Shown: one piece after another, positions 1 to 13,135 of the stretch
How positions within the stretch are numbered: position 1 is the first letter of the stretch
How the letters are laid out: the number at the start of each line of letters is the position of its first letter
Source: Octopus sinensis
Taxonomy: Eukaryota
NCBI RefSeq assembly: GCF_006345805.1
Contig: NW_021832230.1
Coordinates: 124,001-188,000 of the forward strand
Reading direction: 5' to 3'
Length of the DNA stretch: 64,000 nt
Program-made: the position numbers and the translations under genes
The notes under the pieces: model-generated
What the model was told of the DNA's origin: nothing
Seen by the model: the letters and a program-made list of their open reading frames with translations, nothing else
Databases searched by the model: none

Positions 1-420
1 CTCTTTTTTCACTTTTGCTTGAACTAAATAAAATTAATATAAAAAATAGTACATCTTTAGATTGCCTAAAAAAAGTTTGGTGACCGGTCAAGGTTGTCCG
101 GTTGGGGCAAAAAGAGGAGGATGGTCTATTGAGCTGGAAATTCGTTTAATTAGTTTAATATCACTTTTAACTTATGATATTCACAAATCATAGATGCAAA
201 TTTTTAGTCATAAATAAAATTTTTATCTTAATAGAATTAAGTTGACGATTATATTAATAAAAAAATAAGCATTAATCTTTTAATTCTAAGCCGGATCGTA
301 TCTAAATCAAGTTTTACAAAATAATTATTTGAAAATATTTGGTGCCTAATTTTAAAAGAACTAAAAAATTAATAAATAATGAGTATATCTAAAACCGAGT
401 TACATAAATTAGCAAATAAA

Positions 421-1277
421 CTAGTTGTTGTTCATTTGAAGAGAATCAATTTTTTCAATATTAGAATCATATGTTTTCTTTTCTCCCAATCCATAAAATG
501 GGGGATTTTCCAAAGAAAAAAATGATTTCGAAGATAATTCAGATTCATAAGATGGCGGAATTAAATCGTTTTCCTGACTATAATTCATATTGAAATAATA
601 TGGGGGTTCTGTGAAAAAAGCCATGTTTCCATCAAATCCCATTTCTTTTCCTGAAAAATTTTCTATTGAAGGAAAATATTGAAAATGGTCGATTCCAGGA
701 TAATATAGCATTCCGTTAAATCCTTGATTGTAAATATGACTGGACCATGAGTTATCTTCCATGTTACTTTGAAAATAATTTGAAATATTAGTTTGATGGT
801 TTTCAACCGAATAGTCATAAAATAAAGGTTTAGATTCAGAAATTAAATTTGAAATGTCTTGAGATTTTGTAGGAGAATTTTGTAAATTCGATCGATGCCC
901 CTTTGGTGAACTCTGGAAACTTCTTGATAAAGGCTGAATTGATCTTTGAAGGCCTCTTTCTTTTGCTCGTCTGTTTTTGAACCAGACCTGGAACAATAAA
1001 AATTTAAAAATTGATGATATTAATGTGTTTAATAATTAAAATATCACTAACTTGAATTCGGGATTCTGACAATCCAATTTTCATTGCTGCCTCTTCACGT
1101 GCAAAAATATCAGGATATTTATAATCAATGAAAAGATTTTCTAATATTTCCAACTGTGATCGTGTAAATGTTGTCCTTTCCCTTCGTTGTTTTCTTACAA
1201 TTCTAAAAATTAAGAATAACATTTATAGACCTCTGTGGGTTATAATTTCCTTGGTTAGTATTTCCGTGATAGTCCAT
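421..1277 (-). CDS. Otx: Otx/orthodenticle-type PRD-class K50 homeobox protein (3 exons, 254 aa)
   Basis: Exons 1231-1277, 1052-1202, 421-987 join in frame (765 nt): [91 protein letters not shown] and WFKNRRAK (K50) are Otx hallmarks. GT-AG introns of 28 nt (1203-1230) and 64 nt (988-1051), the latter at the conserved PRD-class Q/V position in helix 3. Confidence 0.88.
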
Positions 1278-4115
1278 ACTAATAATTTATTAGAAAAAAT
1301 AATTTGATTAATAGAAAATTTTTAATATTATCAGGATATAGTAAGCAGATTAACCATCTACATCATTGGTCAATGTAAATCCTAAAGTTTTTATAATATA
1401 GTTGTAACATAGACAAAAATAAATTATTTAGGCGCATTTTTGTATTACAGCGAATATATATGACGTTAAAAACAAATAAGGTTATAATAATAAACAAGGA
1501 AAATTGACTTACTTCCAAGAACTCATTTTTTAAGATTAAAGTATATAATAATACACGATAGTTGAGCTTATTAGTGAATGGAATACACGCTAAATTTACG
1601 GTATATTTTACGTAGAAACTTCCTGGTTTGTCGGTAAAAACAGAAAATACAAATTTAGCATAATAGTCCTTAAATGTAAATCGAGACTAACAAACGAAGT
1701 ACTTGTACAGTAAGTGATATCAAATTATTTACAAGATTAAAATATCACGAAAGTATGCAAGACAAAATTAATAATACATCAATGAATTAGTAAAATTTAT
1801 AAAATTAGCACTCAAAAGTCGATAAATGATGATAATTGAAATTTTGATTTACCCTAAACTAGATAATTTAAATGATTATTTTTTCACGAATGGCTTATAT
1901 TTTTTAAAATATTTACACATTTGTCATATACTCGTTTAATTGAGATTCCAAGATTGGATTAAGCTGCGGTTAAATTAAACATTTTATGAATATTTTAGAA
2001 TTTCAATTAGAAATTTTTGTTTAAAAATTTTAATGAAATTTGTCTTGTTTTTTATTCGTCGGAAAGCTAGCTTCAATTACTGAGACTGCATCTAAAAAGA
2101 TCTCGACTCACTCTTCTCAATTTAAAGAATCACAAATTTTATTAGTGAAATAGTCTTCATTTATCAGTTACGAAAATTTAGTTTAGCAACTATCGATACT
2201 ATAGCATAATTATAGTAGTTAAAAATCTTTAACAACACACAGATGGTTCTTTAAGTGTAAGTTTTAAAAATTATTTTTTCGTAATAAATTTAAATGATAA
2301 AAAATATGAACCGTCTAGACAGGCACCTGGAATAAAATATTATTATTGAAATTAAGCTGCCCTTTTGACGTCGAAATAATGTATCAAAACATCAAATAAA
2401 TAATTTAAATTTGTTAATTTAAATTATTAAATTTGTATCGAATTACATTCATACATCTATTTTATTCATTCAAAATTTATACTGTAACTAAAATATAATT
2501 TTTTTATCAAAGAAAGATTATTTAGAAAAGCAAACGATAGTCAGATAAGCTGCATAGTGAATTCATTTTCCAAATAAAAATACGAGTCCTTCCAAAAGAT
2601 ATTTTTTGTTCATACTTAGAGGGAACCTTTTGTTAATCTTCTATGCTTTTACAACTATAATTTTTTATATTACTAACTAAAATTATTATAAATGAAAACT
2701 TTAAATTATCAATAGTCACAATTTTTTTGGCAATTTTATCTGAGGACATAGCTCCACGTAAATTGTGTAAATATTGTGCTAATTATTAAAAACCACAAAA
2801 CTAAAATAAAGCAATTCTAATGTTAAATCGATTTTTACTGGGTTAAGACTAAAAATTATCTTACTTTACCTTAATTTTTAAATGTTGAATTAACACTATA
2901 ATATGAATTCTTTTAGTTTTATGATAGTTGGAGCAAAAAAAACAACAAATTTTGAGGAAACTAGATATATTAGTTTAAAAATTTTTAATCTCAATAAATC
3001 TCGAGGAAACCACAAATTATTTATAACGTCAAAAACTATTAAACATAGCAGCTGTCCTTAAATCGTAGAGTGTTGAAATAGATCCAAAAATATACTAAAT
3101 GAAATAATAAATCTCATTTAATGACTAAAATCTTAATCCACTATAACATTTACTGAATTTTCGCAGCATCGTATTTCAAAAAATACTCAAAAAAATTATA
3201 TATATACTGTATTATTGACTCAGGAATCGCCTATAGTTGATATAAGATGAAATTAGTTATCAAATTTCTACTTTCCGGGTTTTGGTTTTGAGAGCAATTA
3301 CAGGTTTTGGTTTTCCGGGTTTGTATATCTTTAGAATGAAAGATAGTCGAAGAAACAAAAAATTGGAGTGGTATTTTAGCTGTTATTCGCATCTTTCGTT
3401 TTTGTTTGTACAGTAATGTCCTATATCAGTGGTTCCCAACCTTAAGGTGCTCGCGGAACCCTTTTGGGCTAATTTATTTTTGCGGAACCCCTCCAATTCA
3501 ATTATTATAATTTCACTTAAAACATAATAGTAATAACCAAAAACAATTTTAATGTGAACATTGAGGTAATTTTTATCATAGCATATAGTTGTGTAACGTT
3601 AGGAGTTATTGTTGACAACTGTATCCTCATATCAGCGGAAGCATTAAGTTTATTTCTATATTTTGTTTTGGTGGATGTATATATTGAAAACCCAGACTCG
3701 CATAAGTAAGTCTTTGGAAAAGGTAATAGTTTACGTATAACCTTTTCTGAGATATCTGGATATTTTGAAATGTATCCCCTCCAAAAATTAAAAAGGGATT
3801 CATTTTTATATAACTGATATGACTCTGATTCTGATCCAGTTTCTTAGACATTTGTTCGCCATAAATACACTCGATGATTTTTTTTGAACATGGCTTTATA
3901 AGATTTTCGGCAATTGTATGTGCCTCTCCACAACGTGCTACAAGATAACTCACCTGTTTGATTAAAATAATTATATACTTCATAAGATGCTCTGGTCGAT
4001 TTTAAATCGTCGTCTTTCGCAAAATTGGACATTTCCAACTTGCACCTTGTAGATGCATTTAATTTGTTTTGAAAAAAGGAAATATCTTTATCCTTTAAAT
4101 GAAGATGCTTTATCA

Positions 4116-4247
<132 letters not shown>

Positions 4248-4560
4248 CTAAAATTATAATTATAAGAAAAACCTTTTTTGAATATTTTTTGGAATCTCTT
4301 ATGCAATTATTGTTTCTCATTAAAAATCTTATAAAATTGACCAACTAACTCAAATGAGAAACAAGATATACACCCCTCGACAAAAATTTGGTTATTTAAT
4401 CTTTCCTGCTTTTTTTCATTTAAAAACGAATAAATTCATACTTTAAGATCCTTTAGATCTTCTAAAATAATATTTATTTTGTATTTATAATTAAAATAGA
4501 TTTAAATTTTAATATTGCAAGAAATTTAAAGCATGTCGGCAATTAGTTAGTGACATAAAA

Positions 4561-6053
4561 TTTTTTTTTTTTTTTTTTTTAAAAATAGTTAATAAAAATA
4601 CAGTCAAATTAATTAATAGAGAATTAATGTCGTGAACTTGAGGGTTAGTCCGACGACGAAGCACTGCGGATAGAGAGGCAGTTCCCGCGAAGAATTGCAA
4701 CCGAGATGCGCTGGAAAAGCCAGCTCGTCTCCCTCCGGTCATTTGTATTCTGTGAGATTCTTCCTCCCACAACCCGTAACAGATTTTCTACCTTCTTTCC
4801 ACCACACCGGAGGTCTCAAAGGCTAAGGGGACAAACTCAACGACGTTCGGAAGCACAGCGTACTTCGTCAACTTCCTTTCTTCTGCCAGCGCACATGCGT
4901 AGCCTGGTGTACTGGCTGTTCCTGTGAGCACAGTATCTGAAAAGGAGTCGACGCAAGTTACATCCCAAACAAGAGACCTTCCTCCTCTAAAGGGGAATAT
5001 AGTCATCCCGTCAGGACGCTTTCCGTCACTGCGGCAGAGCCCAATAGGTTCAAGGGTCGATGGGAATCCCGCAGAATCCAAAGCCCTTTTCACCACTTCA
5101 TTGAGGAGGACGTGGCGGGGAAATCGGCCAGCACTCCTCCTACAGGACAATGCGTGTAAACCGTTCGAAGGAATCAAAAAACCACAGCGACAACGGTGAG
5201 GTTGGCAGATTTCAAGTCCAAGTCGAAGACACACTCCGATACGTATAGTTTCGTCTTCCATAAGCAGACCATTGGACGCCAACGGAAGTGCGTTTAGCCA
5301 GTCTCCTGAGTGAGGCTGACAGGCACAGTTCAAAGAAGCCAGTTCCAACTGGTCGACTCGCGTGCGAAGACTCTCCAACAGGTGTGTGCACCAGATGACA
5401 TCCCAACTCTTCTGTATTGAAGGAATCTCCGGAAGGCCAAGTCCGAGCGATCTCCAGGCGAGAACAGCAACAGGGTATTCCGTAAGCTCATCAAGTTCGA
5501 GTGAGTTGATAAGAACAGAGCGAACGAAATTGCCGGAAGCAGACATCGACGAGAGATAACAAGGCAAAGCAAGATCTGCACAAGAACGAACCCCAAGGCC
5601 ACCAAAGCGGAGTGGAAGTGCGGCACGTGTACGTCCCACGTCAGTGAACAAAGTGTTCAGTAGTAACTGTAATGATGATGTAACCGCGTCATCCAAATCC
5701 AAAAGTTCTTGACGTGAGCGAAAACAAGGAGACGTTCGGAGCAAAAAGGTTAAACGGGGGATAAAAAGAAAGTTTTTCAGCAAAAACAGCCCCAGATGGG
5801 AGCCAAACAGTCGTAATCGGTCGCAGAGAGGAGCAATCTTATCTCGTGTGAAACGATAGCCTTCGCAATTCCCTTATCAGAAATCGGTGAACCCAGAATC
5901 ACAAGATCCGCGAGAGCGGTTATACGAAGGCCGTCAATTTTCTCCGAAAGGGCCATAAAAACCTCACTCTGTTGGGTTAGCGGCTCCGTAAGTCCGATTA
6001 GTTCACATTTTGCACCATTTAGAAAAAGGCCAATCTTCAAAATTCAGATATTC
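4561..6053 (-). mobile_element. CRE-clade-like non-LTR retrotransposon (RT end + CCHC + restriction-like endonuclease), 5'-truncated
   Basis: ORFs 5777-6040 and 4788-5783: IGLFLNGAKCE, LPLRFGGLG, CRCG..HALSC, RHVLLNEVV, KRPDG..DVTCVD; 20-nt poly(A) tail (T-run 4561-4580); 8-bp TSD ACATAAAA at 4553-4560 and 6054-6061. Confidence 0.88.
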
Positions 6054-7800
6054 ACATAAAAATTGGTTATAAAATTTAAACCGTCAAATTATGCTAGTAT
6101 TAGAGATTGATCTTAATAAAAAATATTTTTAGATATAATACTCTCGATTCGTTTATGAAAGGGAAAATAATTGCGCTATACGACTTAAATATGTCATATT
6201 TAAAATTTCTAAAGAAACCGGTGTTCCATATTCAACAGTCGTAAATTTTATCAGAAATACAATAAAACTGGATCATATGACCGCCAACATGGTTCTGGAA
6301 GACTATCAATTTTGAATAATGTGCAAATTAATCATTTGGTACGCACATCAGAGGAAAATTCATCTTTAACTGCTTCTGAACTCTCTAATGAAATAGAAAA
6401 GTTTTCTGGAACACGTGTCTCGTCTCGAACCATAATACGAAATTTAAATAAAAATGGAATTTTCGCAAGAATTGCAAAGAAAAAACCACTTCTAACAAAA
6501 AAACACGTGGTTTCCAGATTCGAGATCGTCCATTCACGTCTAATTCAGAACAACTATCGAAATGTCTTATTTGCCAGGAAACTTTGAATCAAAATAAAAA
6601 GTCAAATTTAGAGAGACACTTTAACACAAAACACTCAAATTTCGCAAAAAAATATCCAATTGGTGATTCCCGAAAGAAAGTTGTAGAAGAACTTGCAAAG
6701 AATAATCAGATTGAGAATTCCGCTTTTGAATATTGGTATCACAATGCCAGGACTGCAAATATTGCCAGTTTTTTGATAAGCCACGAGATCGCAAAAAGGG
6801 GAAACCATTTACCGATGGCGAATTTATAAAGGCATGTTTCATTATGTCGCGTCCCACACGAGCTACCCATCCCATGGTGATTACATGTCACCTGTAAATA
6901 AATAATAATGCCTGTCATGGTGACTGTCAAATTTAATAATTAATTTAATTCCAGAGGATATCGATCGCAATCTTGCGAGGTAACTCGCTTGCAATCCGAG
7001 GTGCAGCCACTGCTGACTCTTAATTAGATTTCGTGTTAAAGTTTGATTAAATCTTTTCACGATACCCTGAAACAGATAAATATTGTGTCATTACTTGTGA
7101 TTGAGGATGATTTGGTCTTCCGTAAATATGTTGGATTTGTTTTTCGTGCAAAAAGAATCGAGATATTTATTCCTAAACTCAGTTTCATTATCTGTTTGTA
7201 GAATCTCGCAAAAGCCGATTTCTAAACAAATTTCTTTGAAAGCCTCACAAATATCTAAATTCCAATATAAAACATAAATATACTTATTGCAGATTATTTT
7301 AACTCCTTTACAAATGGCATACTTACTGTAAACATCAATGACGGTAAATATCCATTTGTAGCCATCGTTCGAATCGTTAAATTTTTTAACGTCTATAAGG
7401 TCTGCTTGGAATCGTTCATTTGGTCTTTTGGCAATCACATGGTACTTAGAATCTGAAACCTGCTATATAAGTTTTTTATTTTATACTTTAAGTGGAATGG
7501 AAAACTTGCATATTGAGCACTCTTTGACGACTCGTTCGATAATTTTACGCTTTATTGTAAAATAGGAGTGTAAACATTCCTGTTGCAGGAGGTATAAGCA
7601 GTCATCAATGACAATAAATTTAGTGGATTTTTAGTTAATTTATATTTTATTTGTCTTGAAGATGTCTGTACAGGTTGGCCATTTAAAATATTGACTATAG
7701 TATGATATTTTGAGATATTTTTTACAAAACCTATTATTACATATACAGGGGAATACATTTTAAAGAGGACATGTTGAAAATTGAATAATAACGCTAAAAA

Positions 7801-10306
7801 TCTTAATAATAAAATGGTATGGTGTGTGTCTGTCTGTGTGTCTGTCTGTCTGTGTGTCTGTCTGTCTGTCTGTCTGTCTGTGTGTGCACACCAACTTCAA
7901 ATTGGCAATACGATGTCTCGACTTACATGATGAGGTCCTTAAAACCTTCCCCCCCAAAAAAATTAAAAAAAAATTTTCTTTCTTGCATTTTGGTTAAAAT
8001 GAACAACTACAATGTCCTCGACTTACATGATGAAGTCCTTAAAACCTTCCCCCCAAAAAAAATTTAAAAAAATTTTCTGCATTTTGGTTAAAATGAACAA
8101 CTACAATGTCCTCGACTTACATGATGAAGTCCTTAAAACCTTCCCCCCAAAAAAAAATTAAAAAAAAATTTCTGCATTTTGGTTAAAATGAACAACTACA
8201 ATGTCCTCGACTTACATGATGAAGTCCTTAAAACCTTCCCCCCAAAAAAAATTAAAAAAAAATTTTCTGCATTTTGGTTAAAATGAACAACTACAATGTC
8301 CTCGACTTACATGATGAAGTCCTTAAAACCTTCCCCCCCAAAAAAAATTAAAAAAAATTTTCTGCATTTTGGTTAAAATGAACAACTACAATGTCCTCGA
8401 CTTACATGATGAAGTCCTTAAAACCTTCCCCCCCAAAAAAAATTAAAAAAAAATTTTCTGCATTTTGGTTAAAATGAACAACTACAATGTCCTCGACTTA
8501 CATGATGAAGTCCTTAAAACCTTCCCCCCCAAAAAAATTAAAAAAAAATTTCTGCATTTTGGTTAAAATGAACAACTACAATGTCCTCGACTTACATGAT
8601 GAAGTCCTTAAAACCTTCCCCCCCAAAAAAAATTAAAAAAAATTTTCTGCATTTTGGTTAAATGAACAACTACAATGTCCTCAACTTACATGATGAAGTC
8701 CTTAAAACTTCCCCCCCAAAAAAATTAAAAAAAAATTTCTGCATTTTGGTAAAATGAACAACTACAATGTCCTCGACTTACATGATGAAGTCCTTAAAAC
8801 CTTCCCCCCCAAAAAAATTAAAAAAAAATTTTCTGCATTTGGTTAAAATGAACAACTACAATGTCCTCGACTTACATGATGAAGTCCTAAAACCTTCCCC
8901 CCCAAAAAAATTAAAAAAAAATTTTCTGCATTTGGTTAAAATGAACAACTACAATGTCCTCAACTTACATGATGAAGTCCTTAAAACCTTCCCCCCCAAA
9001 AAAAATAAAAAAAAATTTTCTGCATTTTGGTTAAAATGAACAACTACAATGTCCTCGACTTACATGATGAAGTCCTTAAAACCTTCCCCCCAAAAAATCA
9101 AAAAATTATTTTCTGCATTTTGATTAAAATGAACAACGCGAATGTCCTCGACATTCATGATGAGGTCCATTAAAACCTTCAAGGCAAAAATCTCACGTAT
9201 TAAGAATATCCTTGATGAAAACGACAGCGAGAATATTAACAATGATGAACTCCCAATTATTCGCGATAAAGAAATTCAATTCATCCTATGTTTTTCTCTT
9301 TAAAATTAAGTGCATATATCATTATCGACCATGAATCAAAATTAAAGCTATTATCATATTTGACTTTGACAGAATGTGCAATCACAGATTGCACGACTTT
9401 GAATAGAGTGTGCAATTAACAGATTTTGAAAAACCACTTTGATAGTTGAAACCAGATTAGCACAATCATTACACAATTTACCACCAATTGACGCACGACC
9501 TTGAATAGAGTGTGCAATTAACTGATTTTGAAAAACACTTTGATAGTTGAAACCACATTAGCACAATCATTAACACAATTTACCACCAATTGACAGCGCA
9601 ATCAGAAGAATTTGCGTAAAAATATTAACTATTTAGTTAAGTTTTTCGTAAAGATAGAATTTATTTTCGGTATGCCTCTTTTCCTAAACTTTTTTATTAT
9701 TCAAAAATAATTTTTTCAATAGATAACCGAAGGAGGGAAGACGACCTTAAGAAAATAAGCTTTTCGTAAAGATAGAATTTATTTTCTGTATGCCTCTTTT
9801 TTCCTAATATTTTTTGTTATTCAAAAATAATTTTTTAAATAGATAACCGAAGGAGGAAAAATGAAGCTGAAGAAGATGGCTAACGTAATTGAGGCGACGA
9901 TATTAACAGGTAAGTATTGAGGTGAGGATGTTTATATTCCACGAATTCCGATAATTTCTGATGAATTACCATTTAGATTTAAAAGGCTGCAATTTCCTTT
10001 GAGGATGAGTTTTGCAATGACAATAAACAAGGCCCAGGGACAGTCATTAAGGTAGTTGGGTTATTTTTAGAGAGTGAGTGCTTTTCACATGGACAGCTGT
10101 ATGTGGGATGCTCGAGGGTAGGCAGAAGAGAAAATTATTCATATATGCCAAGAAGGACGGACGACAAACATCGTTTATCAACAGGCGATAGAATAGGGTT
10201 ACATTAAACCAGGTAGTTTTATACATCTACATAAACTATAGTTGTTTGATGAAACAGGCCCTCCGCAGAGCTAGGTCGCGGTGAGCGAAGCGAGCTGCCG
10301 AGCTAG
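7801..10306 (+). mobile_element. Non-autonomous Helitron, copy 1
   Basis: A|TCTTAATAAT 5' end followed by a (GTCT)n microsatellite; internal tandem arrays; Pif1-helicase C-terminal remnant (MANVIEATILTG..PRIP..FPL..SFAMTINKAQGQS..HGQLYV) at ~9870-10195; GC-rich subterminal hairpin and CTAG|T 3' end at 10303-10306; no TSD. Confidence 0.9.
7905..9170 (+). repeat. ~95-bp tandem array (about 14 units) inside Helitron copy 1
   Basis: Unit AAAATGAACAACTACAATGTCCTCGACTTACATGATGAAGTCCTTAAAACCTTCCCCCC(A)nTT(A)nTTTTCTGCATTTTGGTT; units differ mainly in homopolymer length. Confidence 0.95.
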
Positions 10307-10648
10307 TATTAAATATGCCCACACGAGTAACGAATGATTAACCACATTAATTATGACATCTGACAGCCAATGACCTCGTAAAAATGATTGATTGACAGGT
10401 GACATGTAGCCAGCATGGGATGCGTAACCACCATGGGACGCGACACATTAAAACCTCTGAAGAACTTTTTCACGATTTTTCAAATAAGGCAGAAATCGTG
10501 AATAAGATAATGAATATACCTTTATTCGCGAAAATAGTAGCCGACAGGACTTTTAAGATGTCTTCGAATGTATCTGTTCAACAAGTTTCTGACATGAAAT
10601 TGTCTAATTCAATTTCAATAGCAATAGATGAATCATGTGATATAATTG

Positions 10649-13135
10649 GTTAGAGTGTTAATAGGGTCAAACTACTAAGTAAAGTCAACAAACTAATAAA
10701 TTCTCCCAGCGAGACGGAGGAACAGCTGTTGCCACGCATGACAGCCAGCAGGATCCTCTGAATGAGGAAAGTAAATTCCCTAGGGTCCTTGGACCGCGAA
10801 GAACAAAGATGTCCCAGTTTCTTTAGGGAAGTGAGGGTCCCGGAGCCAAAGACGCCGGAAGTCTCGACAACGATTGGCCAAAACCAAAAGTCATCCATCA
10901 AAGACTGATATTTCCGGCACTTCGAAAGCTCAGCCTTATTAGCACGAGACCCAGCAAGAGAGGCCGATTCGTTTATGAAAGACTTTGAGAAGGTATCCAC
11001 ACAAGTGGAATCCCAGACCAAAGGTCTCCCAGAATAAAACGAGAACAACGTAGAGCCGTCCGGCCTTTTTCCCGTCACCACGGTCGAGACCCTTAGGCTC
11101 AAGGACAGAAGGGTAGCCGGCCTTTTCGAGTGAGTCGAGAATGATTCTGTTAATCGCCGAATGGCGTGGAATACGACCCGCGCTTTTCTTGCAGGAGAGG
11201 GCATGGAGCCCGTATACGTCCATAGTAGATCCGCACCGGCAGGGGTGGGGACTACAGATGGAAGTCCGAGGCGGAGGCAAATGCCAAACGGAGGGCGTCG
11301 GAGTCAAGACAGGTGTCCAAATGGGTCGAAGGAGGCAGTTAAGCCAAGAGCCAGAATGCGGTTGGCGGCTGGCACGGTAACAAGCCAGTCTGTGCTGGTT
11401 CAGGAGAGCCTCCAACGAGTCCGCATGATGCTTACTAAGAATTTTATCCCATTCACGTTGGAGGGACCTATCAGAAGGGAACTCAAGCCCTTTTTCCTTC
11501 CAAAGCAAAAGTGCAGAATTAATATCAGAGTCCAAACGAGATCCGGGCGATTTTTCAAGAATCTTATGGACAAAATACACCTGAAGACGATGAAAGAAAA
11601 GCGGGAAGAGAAATGTCGAGAGCCGAGCGGAGCCAAGCCCACCAAAAGGAACAGGAAGTTTGGCCTGACGCCAACCGACATCATCGAACTTGACGTTAAA
11701 AATAATCTCGGCTGAAGAACGCACCAGAGCGTCAAAAGACTCCAAAGCAGAGGGAACAGAAAAGCAACAGGAACTCCTTAGGACATAATTGATCCTCGGA
11801 TCAAAAGAAAGTTTTTGAGGATAAAAAAAGCGGGATGGGGATCGATGTCCACAAGTTTATCACAAAGAGAAGCAAGAGCATTTCTCTTGGAATCGAGAAT
11901 ACGAGAGACCGATTGGTGGTGGATCGGGGCACCCAGGATTTCAAGTTCAGAATAAGAGGTCTGCCTCAGATCGGGCAAGAGGCCACGAAACTGGGCAAAA
12001 AGGTCTTCGAAGGTGAGGTCTTCGACGTTAAGATTAACGATTTCAGATTTTAGAGAATTGATTTCAAGACCAATAGATGACAACGCCGGGAGTAGAGATT
12101 GCAAGTCGTTTAGCAAAATGTCGGGCGACCACCAATAGTACAGTCGTCCAAATACCAAATATTAAGAGGGGACGCAATCTGCGGGCGACAAAGTCCACCG
12201 AGAGGGCAAATAATAAAGGACCCAAAGGATCGCCTTGCTGTACGCCACAGGAAGACGAAATGAAAGAATCGCCAGCAACCAAGAGGGTCGGTTACCATAA
12301 GAAAGAAAAATGAAGGGCAGCAGAGAAGGAATTCTGGCCTTGCAAACCTCAAGAAGATGCTTTCTATTGAGCGAATTGAAAGCGTTCTTCACATCCAATT
12401 TTAATAATAACTGGGGCCGCTCTGAGAGACGAGCCGATTCAATGAAACACCGGGGCAGCGTGGACCGAGGCCTCGCACCCACCAGGTACCCCACACACCA
12501 ACTGAATGGGCTGGAGTTCGTCGCTAATAGAAGGAATTACAAGCTTGCATCCGACCTTTGCAAACAAGCGACGAAAAACGTTCCCGACGGCAATAGGTCT
12601 GATGCCGCCGTCTTTCTTCCCCAAAGCAGACAGGTTCGCAGAGAAGAGAGCAGTCTGGCATGCTCGGATATGTCCCACACGGAAATAGGTTACAAAGCTT
12701 GGCAATGGATTGAGAAGACGGTTTCCAGCCTCAGCAGTATTGGAGATGAGGTCCATTAAGTGAATGGGACGGAGACCGTCACCCCACCACTACTGTTCCC
12801 CCTGAAAGATTTCAAAGCTAACAAAAGTTGTGGACAGATAAAGAGGCGATCGAGACCTCCTCAGGGGTCCGGCACAAAAAACAGGGACATCGCCAGCCGG
12901 TGCTTGGCGCTGAGAATTTTGAGGACATCCGGGGTTATCGAACGGACGGAATCGGAAGACGAAAGAATACGGACCGCAGAGCCGACATCATGCGCCATAA
13001 GGCAGGAATTGACACGTTTGCGTAAATACGATTATCTTTAAGAGTAGTTGGTTCATGGGACTTGCCCAGAAGAGGAGGCAGAATGAAGGAATCCTCCATG
13101 AACTTATTAATATTTTCCTTGATGGAAGAATTGAC
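10649..13135 (-). mobile_element. CRE-clade-like non-LTR retrotransposon, 5'-truncated, frameshifted
   Basis: KKDGGIRPIAVGNVFRRL, KLDVKNAFNS, GVQQGDPLGPLLF, WYLDD, CRCG..HALSC, RPDG..WDSTCVD, RILLAVMRGN; 7-bp TSD ATAATTG (10642-10648, 13136-13142) splitting the SPIN-type codons ESCD-IIDIAQ. Confidence 0.9.

Larger units (their letters stand above)
6845..10445 (-). mobile_element. Ginger/TDD-like DNA transposon (Gypsy-type integrase with TIRs)
   Basis: TG..CA termini, ~51-bp imperfect TIRs beginning TGTCGCGTCCCA, 5-bp TSD CATTA (6840-6844, 10446-10450). Minus-strand integrase KECSICK/..KRPNERFQADLID..IFTVIDVYSKY..ILQTDN with a 27-nt intron (7460-7486) and a probable 29-nt intron (7255-7283). 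Confidence 0.78.

Noticed and set aside
1950-3140. TAATCC/GGATTA sites as Otx autoregulatory elements
   Set aside because: Two hexamers in 2 kb of very AT-rich DNA are expected by chance.
7905-9170. Regular 95-bp array as a CRISPR array or repeat-protein gene (ORFs MNNYNVLDLHDEVLK...)
   Set aside because: No unique spacers, eukaryotic context, frame changes with homopolymer length, and it is internal to a Helitron.
7905-9170. TGATGA(G/A)GTCC as a hammerhead ribozyme core
   Set aside because: No CUGAUGA followed by a closed stem II and GAAA; only a weak hairpin.
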